Positions 48,577 through 61,105 are shown, counted from the stretch's first letter. The stretch is 64,000 nucleotides of DNA from Tubulanus polymorphus (GCF_964204645.1 NC_134027.1:25196560-25260559); one strand, 5' to 3'. Notes: generated by a model not told the origin, from the letters alone. Made by a program: numbers and translations.

Positions 48577-51500
48577 ATGTCTGGGTTCGGAAGAGATCAG
48601 AAGTCAGATCTCGGCGGTCGAGCAACATTCTGGAAGAAAGGGAAAACAGTTCCGGGAAGGTACGTCAATAATATACAGCTAGTCTGAGTTCATAACGTTC
48701 AGAAACTCTCAATATGTTACGCGAGTAATTCAGGTATCTTGGAACTGTAGAATTCTGTTAAGGCAACAGTTAGTCTCATTTGCAAAATCCAGTATGGGAT
48801 GCCACATCATGATCACGGCTGCTGGCTTGGTGCCATTTTCCAGCACAATGTTCGGGGCACAATCGAATCCCTCCACTCCACCAGTCAGTCGGTCTAGATA
48901 CATTAACCTCTGCTTTTGGTCTGTGTTTAAGTTCCACGATCAGATATATTCACAAACCACAAAAGTTGGCATAAGCCCATCTGATTATTATGATGAAGGC
49001 TTACCACCAACGATAAGCGACAACATTAACAAACAAATTCCCTTCCTTCCTGCTGACCTATCACTATTATTGACATTGGTTGATTATTGTCTGTCTAACC
49101 TTCCCCTCTGTGCGACATTTCGATTCAAACCTAAGTCAATTAATTTTTGATCTAATTTTAATATGCATCCAATTTGTTCAGTAAGGATTTTGCATTTAGA
49201 AATGCCTCGTACCGCCTCTAAGGTATAATAAATTGGATCAGTTAATAGTGTAAAATGTTCTTTATTTGCAGTATTAAACCGGTTTATGGAGCTCAACATC
49301 CTCCAATTCAAGAAAAAATCGGCAGGTAAACAGGACAATTCACCAATTTAAACGTTCAATTATGACAATTATGTGTCTTAAACTATTTACACATTTATAT
49401 TGCACATCATACTTCCATAAATAGAATTATGTTAAAATGTGTTTTAGTGACGCAGCAAAAAAAAAATGATACGCCTAAAACCTTGGGTCAACAAGTGAAT
49501 AAATACAAATCCTTTACAGCACTAATAGGGGCCCTATGACCCCTTGATTTTTGTCTAGCATATTATGTATGTGTTTAAGGTTAGCGGATTGATTATTAAT
49601 TAGCTCAGGACGGGATGGGGGACTTGCCATTTCAATTTGGAATTTTTTTTCTGCGAAAATCTAAATTTTCGCTTGTTTTTATTTGCAGCGGTCCGCCGAC
49701 GCCGAAGAAAGAAGACACGGCCGCGTCGCGTCTGAAAAACAAACGCGACTCGTTCCAGGATTTCGAGAACGATACGATCGACGCGTGGGACGACGGCGAT
49801 GACGACGTCATGTTGATGGCGCATAAAATGTCGCTACGAGACGTTCACTCGTCGGCGATGGCCGTTCTGAATAATCATAGTCAGCAGATATTACAGAATT
49901 CATCGCAAACCGGGCGCGTCGGCGTCCGCGGAGGTAGTAAGACTGCTGTTGGTGCTGCTGGTGCTGGTGAGAAAGACGACGCGGGGGTGAACGAAAATGA
50001 AAAACCATCACATCAAAATGGTGCTGAAAATAACCAATTATCGGAACGGGGTTAGTGAGAAAAACTCTGGGGGGAAATTCTTAATGTGTTTGAAGCATTT
50101 CTAATACTTTAGGTGAAAGTTTCTCGAAGACTCTCGATAACAATGACAGATCTGAATATGACTACTTTTTGAGAGTAGTTTCAACTGTTTTTAAGAGCTC
50201 AACTTCTCCCAAAAATAACAAAATAATCGCAAAGTCGTAATAGTCTGTAGTTCATTTTCAATTAAACTACTATTTTTGATGTGAAATCACTTTCATTTCT
50301 GGTGAAATCTACTACAATATAGAGATATCAGGCAGTGTGATTTGCTTAAACGATTTCAGGTCTTGGAACTCTTTAAAAAGGCTCCAAAATAAAGATAGGA
50401 TATACTGATGAGTCTCCTTATTGAGATGGGAGATTTGTTAAGAGGAAAAAAGCGTAAAAATGCGTTTTATTTTCAGGTATGGTGCCAGTTTCGCCTCATT
50501 CTCCAGGAGTATCGGGTCCCGGTGTCGGGGTCAGACTGAACTACGGTCTGATATTACCCAAGTCTAGTCCGATGCAATACGTCAATCTTCCCGAACTGGA
50601 CAAAGAGAAGAAAAAACTCGAGAAGTTTCATTTGCTCGTCGACGCATCAACGACGGACCTCAGTAAGTTTGAAGCAAAAACGTTTGAAATCTCATTTTTC
50701 TAAACGAGAAAATTAATCTCAGGGTTCCTAGAACTCCTTGATTCCTTTAAAACTCTTTCAAAGCAGAAAATGATTTTAAACATGCATGAAACTCCTTTGA
50801 TTCGAGCAAAATGTCTGAAACTCTTTTAAAATTCCTTCAATTTTATGCAATAGGCTAGTGGTTTTTAGTTGTATAGTAAACTATGCCTCAATCGGTATTG
50901 TCAGGACCAGGATTTTTTCTTATGTTGACTTATCGGTTGGTTTATTTGTGTACAGGTCAATTGAGAGAAATGAGCTGGTCTGGAATTCCGAAATCAGTCC
51001 GGCCTATCACGTGGAAACTTTTATCAGTAAGTTCTCTTACAATATTATCAAACTAGAGTTGGGTTGCTGGCCTAGTAGTAGTAATGTGATTTTGTGTCAA
51101 AAGTAAGCTTTCGAAAGTCAAATAATGGGTTTTTTCAGATCAGGGAATTCCAGATTTATCCCTTCAGGAAAATTTAGGGAATTTGAATTCTTGATATCTT
51201 GTTTTTCTTGCTGGGGACGAGTGGAACAAGGAACCTCTTGATATTTTATTTAAGAAAAAGCCCCCACTGAGGATATCTCATAACTTAATCAGTGAATTTT
51301 CGGTGGATGGTCAGGGAAATAAAGAATTTTGGGTTCCCTATTTGTAAGAGCCCTCAAGTTATACCTTAATTAGCTTTTCCATATATAAGCACATTTAACC
51401 CATAACTTATTTGAAAATAGATTTGTAATGGATGCCTTGTTGTAGGGTTATCTACCGCCGAGTTTCGAACGGAGACAGCCGACATTGGAGCGTAAACGTA

Positions 51501-54500
51501 ACGAGTATTTCAGTTTCGTCGAGCAGTATTACGACACTCGACATCAGGAGATACACGAAGGAACCTACAGACAGGTAATTACTCAAATATTCCCAGTCGA
51601 CACGTATGCATTTTTCAATATGATATGATTTTGATATTGCGCAGAGTGGCCACTCAGCTGGACATCAGCCGGGGAATTTATTCATTGAAATGGTCTGGGA
51701 ATCTTGTTGAAAAGCTATAGTCTATGTTTTCCGTACATATATGACTGTGTTAATTGATTTGATTCTTATTGGGTTAAGTCAGGGAAGAACTTAGATGAAA
51801 AGTGTTTAGAAAAAGATATAAGTGTCCACCTTGTGATACACATTCTGTCAATGGGGTACCGGCAACACTACTGCGGCAAGTGAAATTCCATCCGAATTCA
51901 CCAGGTGTCGCTTATGTTCAGTACAAGCTGGATTTCTTCTTTAACTAGATTAAAATCTGATGATTCTATTTTACGAAAATATTTTGAAAATGATCGAGCC
52001 ACATACGAGGTCTGAAGATTTTAATCCAAGTTGATCGTGGTTTGCCGTTGAGATCAAAGTCAATAATGAAAATGAACTGATTTTGATCAAGTACGTCTGA
52101 TGTGGCGCCATCTATAATGGGATAAGCGATGTGCCGGTACCCTATTCAATCGTTTATTTTTTTCGAATGATCTTACATGTTCTTTTTTATTCGATTGAAC
52201 GACGAGCGGATCATTTTAGAAAATTGAAAAAGATTTTCCTCGACAGATTTGATGCGTGTCGTGTATGTGTGATCTATCAAACACATGTTACTGTCAGAAA
52301 AACTGCACTAATTCTCGACATTACGACTGAGTATAGATATTTGTGTTAACCCTTTGGCACCCGCACCCTAAAATCAGCGGTCATTTTACACATGTACATG
52401 TACCTTAAGACAGTTCAAGTATTAGCTGAGGAGACTATTTGGCCCGAGTCATATTTGGTCCATCATTTATTCGCAATCGTGAAAAGATTACACAACCTCC
52501 CGCCTGACGACCATTTTCAAAATACATAACTGAGCATTTTGTTGTGGGGTCTTAAGTATCGTGATTAAAAAGGACTTTCCAGCACTCGGTAGTCGGTGCT
52601 GAAGGGTTATATTTATTTCTAGAAATTGACAATAATTTTCAATATTAAGTAACCATGAACAATGTATTCATAAATTATATCCACTATTTCTATTCCCATA
52701 AAGGACTCGCAGGTAATGATATTCTATCATCCATACGTTTCAAATCTACCCCCGTAGAAATTATCTATACAACCATAAAAAAAACCAGGTTTTTGTGGGC
52801 AGTTTTTTTTTTTGTAATTGTAAGTACCACATTGTGCGCTAACTAAGTAGCACGTGTGCATGCCTGCGTCATTGTGCTATTATTGTGAATTGAATAAATC
52901 GCGAGGAAATACGTAGCGTATTTTCGTCCGGGAAACACGTGTGATATTTTTCAAAAATGAAATCTCAATTGAGCAAAAATCTAATATCGTATTTGGTCCC
53001 AATTTGAATCTTGTTCTTTAATACATACCGTAATGGTCGCAATTTTTAAGTATCTTGAAAATGAAATTGAAAGCTCGCTGAAATTGAAAGTCTGAATTCA
53101 CTATTTCGTTGTAACTGTTTTAGCACGCAGGCAATGTTAATGAACTAATGTGTTAATGATTGAATGATGATGTTGTGTTGTGGTTTGGTTGTTGACGGGT
53201 GCCGTGGATCTATGTATGTAAAGTATCGCCCTGGCTCAACAGTTCACCGGTCAAAACGTTATCTCCACACTTTCGATACCCGCGTCTGGTTAATACTAGA
53301 ATTTCTGAAAAACTTTCTGCCTGCACTGAAAACTAAATTTAAATCTTATTTTCAACATTTATTTTGCAAAAAATGAGTTGATTACTTTGGACCCAGTTCT
53401 ACCGTGATTAAGACGCAATGCTAAAACTGGGCTCGAAGTCTAAGCCATGACTATGCATCAGGCCCCTGGACCTAGTTGCACATAAGATTTAAGACAAGTC
53501 TAAGACTATCTAAGTTTAGTAGACATATATCTTACAAAAGTCTTAAGATCTAAGACCACATTTTGACTTATGGTAAGTCAACAAGACCCTGGACTTGCAT
53601 TTAGAGTCTGAGATACGGAATTGAGCCTCGGTGTCACTTTCTACGTAGGTGCATGTTGTCGGGAGTCAGTAATAAATTGTTGTGAAGTTGATTGTTGGTA
53701 TAGGATGCTGCTGCTGCTGCTGCTGCTGCTGCCGCTAATGGTCGATGTGTTCATTGTTTACAAATATTTTCTATAGAAGGATATGTGATCCCTGTCATAT
53801 TGATTTTTTTCTGAATCTGATCCAGAGATATGTAGTGGAGTATAAGTCGTGTGCTGGATATACCCCAGTTAATACCATAATGTCATCGGACGACATCAAT
53901 AACTAGGATCACTGAACTGAAGTGAAATCCAAGCAAAAATATTTTCCGAAGCAATTTAGGCTGTGATCTTTGCGTTGGACACAAAGTTTTCATTTCAAGA
54001 GTTTTTCGAAGTTGTTGGTTTCCTCGACTTATCAATTCATATATTCAATTGAAGACGAACCAATTTCGACTCCAATGATCGACTATTGAAAGTCCAAATC
54101 AATCTGGTCTGCACCGGGGCTTGTGTCAAATTTGACCCGTGCCTCACTATACTTAAACCGATGCGATGAGTGAAGTGAGTTACTACCGGAACCAGTTAGT
54201 AACCCACGCGGGTCATAATTCCACACGGCCTGGTCCGATGTTTTTGGTCGGGCCAAATCGAGCGCTAAAATAGTTGTAAGATTCAGTAATGTAATCTCTC
54301 TCTAAAGAACCAAGCGTCTGCCATTGTTCATACGCGTATGTAATAGATGCTTGTCGCTGGTTGATATTAACGTGCGTTCGTCGCTTGTCGCATGGCTATT
54401 GTTTTTACAGATAGGTATCGATATACCTCGTATGAATCCCTTACTGCCCCTGTTTCAACAGAGGGTCGTTCAGGAGGTGAGTCGTCCCTCGGAAAAAAAA

Positions 54501-57500
54501 ATGAAACACGCCACTAATAACGTTGGGGGCGGTATTAATGGCGCATGGTACCTATATACCTACCACCCTTAACTATCACTTAATCATATAGGCTATAGTT
54601 ACTATGATGTGGATCGCAAACTCTTCTATGGAAAAAGTGCATGTTTTCGGCGTGTCTGGTGGCACTTGGTATAAACTTTCTTCTCTATCTTACAGCTACA
54701 GTTGTTTCCCTACCATTTGAGGGATCGGTCTCTCAGCCTTTACAACCCTATATCGATATGGTTCTTTTCATCATGTAGAAAAGACTAGGACCCATTTAGG
54801 GTGGTTAAGGCCTAGATTTTTAAGACCAGTCTAAATGTAATGTAGTTCTACAATTGGGTCCTAATATTTGAAATGATTCATAATCGTGGACTTAGATTGC
54901 AACTGTATAACAAGGTCATGGTGCATTATAAAGACCAAGTCTTCATGGCTTCACTTTTGGCTGCCCAATTTAACCGGTCTTTAGAATATTGGTCCATTCA
55001 AGGCTCCGTATTAGGCTACCACTTGTTTCATGAAACATACTTTTCAAATAACAAAAATGTGGTTGAAAGATAGGAAGAGATTTTATGATTTATATATTTG
55101 TGTACGACTGTAACTATGTCGGTTAATGGTGGTGTCTACAGCTCGAGTTTGACAATTGTTGATGTATAAATTTCACTGCTTTCCGGAGTGAAATTTCGCT
55201 CACAACTGCCGTCAAACCGAGTTATGGAATATGAAAAACTTCTCAAACGGAATACTGTTCCACAGTGCTGATGGAAGTTGAGTTAACTAACTCACTGTGG
55301 AACTGGATACTGTTCCACAGTGCTGAGTGAAGTTGAGTTAACTAACTCACTGTGGAACTGGATACTGTTCCACAGTTCTGAGTGAAGTTGAGTTAACTAA
55401 CTCACTGTGGAACTGGATACTGTTCCACAGTGCTGATGGAAGTTGAGTTAACTAACTCACTGTGGAACTGGATACTGTTCCACAGTGCTGAGTGAAGTTG
55501 AGTTAACTAACTCACTGTGGAACTGGATACTGTTCCACAGTTCTGAGTGAAGTTGAGTTAACTAACTCACTGTGGAACTGGATACTGTTCCACAGTTCTG
55601 AGTGAAGTTGAGTTAACTAACTCACTGTGGAACTGGATACTGTTCCACAGTTCTGAGTGATGTTGAGTTAACTAACTCACTGTGGAACTGGACCCTATGG
55701 TGCTAAATTTGTTTAGGAAGTTTTTCTTGGGTTCAAGAAAATATTGAGACAAAAATGAGACTTGTTTCTGCGGCGAATTCACGTTCCAGTAATTTGATCA
55801 CACTTCGTAGAAAATAGTGAAAATACTCGCGGCAGTAACAATGAAAAAACATGGACATGCACTGTTTGGTGTATTGACAAGCAAAGTCATCATCATTTTC
55901 AAGTATTACAGCAATTGAAATTAACCGTAATTTTAGATCCCCCGAAATCTGGATCATTTGAATTTGATTTATTAGTGTATAGTCTATGAAACGAGCCTTG
56001 CGACAGATGTGTGATGAAATTACTGATACAATTCATGTAAATAAGGCTTTATTCGTACGTACCATATATATATATATATAATATTTTAATCGGCACTTCG
56101 TGTCGTGTCATTTGATTGTCTCTTTATATTCGTATGTGCGTATCTGGTAAACAGGGTTTTATGCGGTAACCGGCACGTATCTGCCTTTGGTGTATTTTGT
56201 AGATTCAGAAAGACCTGTGCAGAATGACTTTGCTCACAAATAGACCCAAAGCCAGTGAGGTGAGTGATGACTGGACCTCGCGTACGTGCGTGTGCTGTTC
56301 TCCTCTTCAAGTCTGCGCTCCGTCTCGACTACCTTTCTTCCTCCCAAAACCCTTATTTCTTCCTCATTCAGTCCTTTCATAACTTTCCAAAACCCATATT
56401 GAGGACCAGGTAAGAAAGACTTCTTTAACCCTCTAAGTGCCGCCTGTCTAATGGCATTTATAGGGTTAACAGTAATTCACTGTCAAAGGAAATAATTCCG
56501 AATTGTTGGCCGAAAAAGGGGCAAGCTATCTCTACCTGTCCCGCATACAAGTACTAACAGCTCCTGCAGCCTCCTCGTGCTGGGTCCGTGTGCAACATGA
56601 AATAGTGAGATGTAATCACAGTTCTATTTGAACTGCTGTTACAGTATTTGAACTGTGAATCCCACTTCGAGTAGAGCCATCTCTATAATTACGGCAGTAA
56701 CGCAATATTGACATAACACTTCCCGCACTCCACTCCGCCGTAGCTGGTTAGATACATTTGATATTACATCGAACAACAGCCAAGGTTTATAATTATTCAG
56801 AATCGATGATTTCTGTATCAGAATCTATTCGTGGAAACGGATGATATACCGGGTCCAGTTGCAGAGTCGAGGCTTGGATCGAAGACCAGTCTTTTACCAA
56901 ATTAGTCTTATACCAGCTTAGTTGGAAAAACCAATCTAACAATATCTCAGTCAAATCATAAGATTTGAGAAACAAATTTTGGGCGCGAGTCGTGACTGTG
57001 CAGCTGAGCCCAGGATAGAAGTGGAAGTTGTACTGGTCAAATGATACCTAGATAAGATAACAGTGTGTGTAATTTTTGCCCCAGTATTTCAATAGAATGA
57101 AATGCCTGATTATAATTGATGATAATTGACATTCTGGGCAATAGGTGGCAGGTATACAATTTTTTCGCACCTACCATCAACTCGGCGGCTATTAGATGGC
57201 AAATTAGCTCTAGTTATTACGTAATAAAAAAAAGTAACGCGTTTTCTCTTGATTTTTTGCGACAGATTTTTGAACGGATCTTGTATATATGGGCGATACG
57301 CCATCCGGCTAGTGGTTACGTGCAAGGAATGAATGATCTGGTCACACCTTTCTTTATTGTCTTTCTTACCGAATTTATAGATAATGGTGAGTACATCCAA
57401 CTCTCGCGTAAATATAACCTGTTGCCAATTTAGGGTCCCGACGAGTCCTTCGTTCCGTAAAAACTCCTTAACGATAAGTACTTTTCAAGAACATTTGAGC

Positions 57501-59180
57501 TAGAATTGTTTGTGAAACTCGGCGCGGAATGTCTTGGCTCTAAAACTGCGGCCCAGGACTGGATTCAGAATTGATGATCTCGGTGTTGTTATTGTAGATG
57601 TGGAATCAGATAATTGTGATCTGAGTCAATTACCTCAGGAACAGTTGAACGTCATCGAGGCCGACTGTTACTGGTGTTTATCTAAACTGCTGGACGGAAT
57701 ACAAGACAATTATACATTTGCTCAACCCGGTATTCAAGTGAAAGTCAACGCCTTGAAAGAACTGGTTAAACGCATCGATTGTAAGTAACTCTCGATCACT
57801 TCGCCCGTCAGTAACTAGGTGTTCAAACTTAATCATCAGGGGCCAGTTAATCAAAAGTTGGTTCGAGTTAACCGGTGGATAGTTGGCATGGTGACAATTG
57901 AAAGTTCATTGTTGTGTTGGTATTTATCCACCGGTTATCTTTAACCAACCTTTGAGCAACTGGGTCCCAGCTGTAGAACTGGCGCCTGGGGCCAGTTGCG
58001 CAGTCATGACTTAAGTTCATAAGTGGTCTTAAATCTTAAGACCAGTCTTTTAAGTTGTTAGATTGTCTATAGAACTACGTTGGTCTTAGACTGGTCTTAA
58101 GTCTAAGCCATGACTATGCAACCAGCCCCAGTTTTCACTGTCTGAAGTGACTTACAGCTTGCATTGCTAGGTTTCCTTTGCTTTGCCCCCCCCCCCGGCA
58201 GTTGCGCGATCGTGTTTGACGTTCACGTTTTTGCTATCGTTTTCTAGTGAGTTTACACCAACACTTGGAGGAACAATCTGTAGAATATCTTCAGTTCGCG
58301 TTTCGATGGATGAATAATCTGCTGATGAGAGAAATTCCGTTGAGATGCACGATTCGACTCTGGGATACATATTTAGTATGTATTCACTTACGTATAATTC
58401 ACATCATAAGTCATAAGTTATCTTTAACTTCACCAAGTCGTCCAGCGTTTTATTTTACAAAATCTCCTTATTATAAATCATTTCGTAGATAAGATGGACT
58501 TTAAGTAGCTAGATAAACTGGAACTTCGTTAAAACGATTATATAGAGGTCTTACTTTGACTGCGCCATATCGGCGGTCAATCCCCAGGTCCCAGTTTTAT
58601 AGACTGGTATCAACTTTAACCCAGTGGCTAATTCAATTCAAAATTGAGTTAGCCTCCGGATTTAAGTTAACTGCCAGTCTGTATAACTGACCCCTGGTTA
58701 TCTTCGGTTGTTTATGGCAAGTTGCCAGCAACGGTTTGCAAACAAACTACGTGTCAAGTGTGAGACCTTTATACGAATACGTGTATTCCACTTGAATGAA
58801 TTATTAAACCTGTCAGTCCAACAGTCAAAACATTTTTCTCAGTGATTTTGTTTTCGATTGTTTTCAGTCTGAAATTGATGGATTCGCGTTCTTCCATTTG
58901 TACGTGTGTGCTGCTTTTCTAGTCAAGTTTTCTAAGGATCTGCAACGGGAAAGAGATTTCCAGGTTCGTCGTCGCGAGTCTCCGCCTTCTACCCTTCTAT
59001 CTATGTTTTAGATTTTGATTATATCGGCTGTTTGTCTCGTTTCAGGGTTTGATGATCATGCTACAGAATTTACCGACATATCACTGGGGAGATGAGGAGA
59101 TCGGACTTTTATTGGCGGAAGCTTACAAACTGAAATTCATGTTCGCCGACGCGCCCAATCATTTAAACCCGGGCAGGTGA
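48577..59180 (+). CDS. TBC1D22: TBC1 domain family member 22 (Rab GAP, Gyp1-like)
   Basis: Exons: 48577-48659, 49272-49325, 49689-50050, 50477-50662, 50956-51026, 51446-51574, 54411-54476 (or 56203-56259), 57266-57386, 57598-57780, 58248-58375, 58868-58963, 59046-59180. Motifs FWKK..PGSIKPVYGAQHP, DAWD, SWSGIP..VRP.TWKLLSGYLP, IxxDxxR, WAIRHPASGYVQGMNDL, IEADCYWC..LLDGIQDNY, QFAFRWMNNLLMRE, RLWDTYL, LQNLPT. Confidence 0.96.
52347..52609. mobile_element. piggyBac-like MITE, different interior
   Basis: TTAA|ccctttggcacc ... ggtgctgaaggg|ttat. Confidence 0.55.
53706..53736. repeat. (TGC)n microsatellite
   Basis: About 9 tgc units in TBC1D22 intron 6. Confidence 0.9.
55253..55696. repeat. 55-bp tandem array, 8 copies, each unit internally palindromic and related to MITE family A termini
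   Basis: tactgttccacagt(g/t)ctga(tg/gt)gaagttgagttaactaactcactgtggaactgga; ends in ggaactggaccct. Confidence 0.95.
56203..56259 (+). CDS. Candidate mutually exclusive arginine-finger exon (7b) of TBC1D22, IQKDLCRMTLLTNRPKASE
   Basis: Acceptor tattttgtag, donor GAG|gtgagt, phase 0-0 like exon 54411-54476, and begins with an intact IxxDxxR(M). Confidence 0.75.
57840..57967. mobile_element. Harbinger-like MITE
   Basis: CAG|gggccagtt ... aactgggtcc|CAG; related copy ~29635-29765. Confidence 0.65.
57989..58128. mobile_element. MITE family B copy
   Basis: CTG|gggccagttgcgcagtcatg ... catgactatgcaaccagccc|CAG. Confidence 0.75.
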
Positions 59181-59184
59181 TCGC

Positions 59185-59322
59185 GGGCTAGTGATTGCTA
59201 GGACATCGTGCAAGCGATTGCAGGCTAGTGATCGCTAGGACATTGAGCAGGTGATCATAGGCTAGTGATGTAATCATGGGCTAGTGATTGCTAGGACATT
59301 CTGCAAGTGATTGTGGGCTAGT
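59185..59322. repeat. Short tandem repeat just after the TBC1D22 stop
   Basis: ggctagtgat(t/c)gctaggacat recurs three times plus partial units. Confidence 0.75.
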
Positions 59323-59761
59323 AAAGAATGGGCGTGTGTTTGAATAGTGAGTGTTTTCGTAGATGCCGGTTTAAAAACAGTTGATGTAAGGTGCGAATAA
59401 TGTTGATATATACCGGTACAACATTTCATCTGTGTCAAAACCATCGGGGTAAAAATTGAAAAAAAGCACGACACTTCAGCATGGCTTAATATATCATGAT
59501 CAAGTGCTTCATGTGTTTTAATAATCTCAACAACTTACTAGAAATATTGTTCTAAATGTTATTTTCTGCGCGTAATTTATCCGACTGGATTCGGTATTAT
59601 TCAGGACACGGTTCACAGTTGAAGAAATTTGACTGCTGAGTTTTTCAAACGTAACTCTCAACCGTCGAACTGGGGTCCTACGATTAACTTATCGATAAAC
59701 CAGATGAATTTCATCGGTCTGAAATGATCCGGATGAAGAAGGATTTAATAATTGAAATTGT

Positions 59762-59980
59762 GAGACGAGAAGATACACAATATCCGTGTACGATGATAAC
59801 GAGAGAAATCCCACAATAACGAAGCCAAAACGAGAAACGTGAATAGAAGATTTTATATATTTGTTGATGATTTATGATGATTTATTGATGATGGCTAATA
59901 GTCTTTAGCCGAAACGTTGCGCAAATATATATACTCTTCTATGCAAGTTTTGGCTGAATTTATTGTGGGATTTATCTCAA
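59762..59980. mobile_element. Penelope-like pLTR remnant with inverted arms and one hammerhead-like motif (59885-59919)
   Basis: Arms gagagaaatcccacaataacgaagccaaaac / gttttggctgaatttattgtgggatttatctc; near-TSD aattgaaattgt (59750) / aatcgaaattgt (59981); UUGAUGA-U-GGCUAA(uagucu)UUAGCC-GAAACGUUG. Confidence 0.65.
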
Positions 59981-60292
59981 AATCGAAATTGTATTTAGTC
60001 CAAAGGTCCTCCCTAGAAAGTGCCTCAGTAGCTTAGGGGGATAAAGGCATCATGCTGTTACATTCTGCACTATCAAGTCCTGGGTGGCTAGCTGGTTAAG
60101 TCCTGCTGGCTGCTAACAACGACAGCCTTTGAAGGTCTGAATGATGTAAAACAAGATATACATAAACAAAATGATACTGTTTGTCAAAATATTGTTTGTC
60201 CACACTATGATGTACTGTGTGGTCTATTGATGAATTCAGTAAAATTGGTGCTTAGTTGGTTTAGATTTTTCTTTTCATGTTGAACTCAGCTA

Positions 60293-60409
60293 CAGTAAAC
60301 CTTGCCTAATTCGGACTAACTCCGGTAAAATTGGTCCGAGGTAAGCGAAGTCCGAGTTAACGATTGGGAAATTGGAGTTGGTCATGTCTGAGTAAGGCAA
60401 GGTTTACTG
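60293..60409. mobile_element. Tc1/mariner-pogo-like MITE
   Basis: TA|cagtaaaccttgcctaattcggac ... gtctgagtaaggcaaggtttactg|TA. Confidence 0.7.
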
Positions 60410-60828
60410 TAGAATGGGCTCAACTGCACATGCGCTCCTTGGAATTTGCTCCGTGCATCCTCCCTCGAAGAGATAAAAATCATGGTTGAATCCCATGATG
60501 CCAAATCCTGTGAGTGAAGAATGTGGCCAGAGTCTCATTATGGCATCAGGTTCAAATCCCAGCGAGTGAGCAATGTGGTAGTCTCAGGTTCGAATCCTTG
60601 CCGAGGCACAGTAATGCATGCGCGATTTTTGGTTATATTTTGGTATCGAAATCATATAATTATTCTTTATAAATTATTATTGATATTATATGCGTTTATT
60701 GGTTATCGAATATTTACATTTTAACTTGTACTTGTGTAAAGTCTATTTTCGACAGAAAAGTCCGGACCCTAGTTCCGCAGTTGTTGGCTTTAAGAAAATG
60801 TAGTTCAGTAATGTTCATATCGGCTTAC

Positions 60829-61105
60829 TTAACCCTTTCTGTGCGTCTACATCGCAGTGCGGTGTATAAATCAGTGATAGATTTTGCTAGTACACCGCAC
60901 TGCGGTGTATTGATGTAATTAGTAATTATCTCTCTTGAAAAATGGCAGCACCTGTCAAACATAGTGAAATACTAGTAACTAACGATACACTGCACCGCAG
61001 TGTAGGGTATCCTTGTTATTAAACATACTAGAGTAGAATTTTTCAAAATTTTCAAATTATCTCTAGCACTATGGGGTATTAATTAGTCGGCACTGAAAGG
61101 GTTAA
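60829..61105. mobile_element. piggyBac-like MITE nested in a Harbinger-like MITE (about 60764-61139)
   Basis: TTAA at both ends; outer arms accctagttccgcagttgttggcttt / aaagccacaactgtggaactgggtc. Confidence 0.8.

Noticed and set aside
48794-49150. 118-aa ORF in TBC1D22 intron 1
   Set aside because: No motifs and no compatible splice sites identified.
50404-50445. CTGATGA followed by a hairpin
   Set aside because: No GAAA after the stem, so not a hammerhead core.
55253-55696. CRISPR-like array of palindromic repeats
   Set aside because: No unique spacers, no cas genes, and a eukaryotic intron context; it is a tandem repeat related to MITE termini.
56312-56409. Possible extra TBC1D22 exon ending at cag|gtaaga
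   Set aside because: Candidate lengths (38 or 98 nt) shift the frame and show no homology; a poison exon cannot be supported from sequence alone.
60480-60610. tRNA-like B-box motifs ggttcaaatcc and ggttcgaatcc
   Set aside because: No cloverleaf could be built; at most degenerate SINE remnants.
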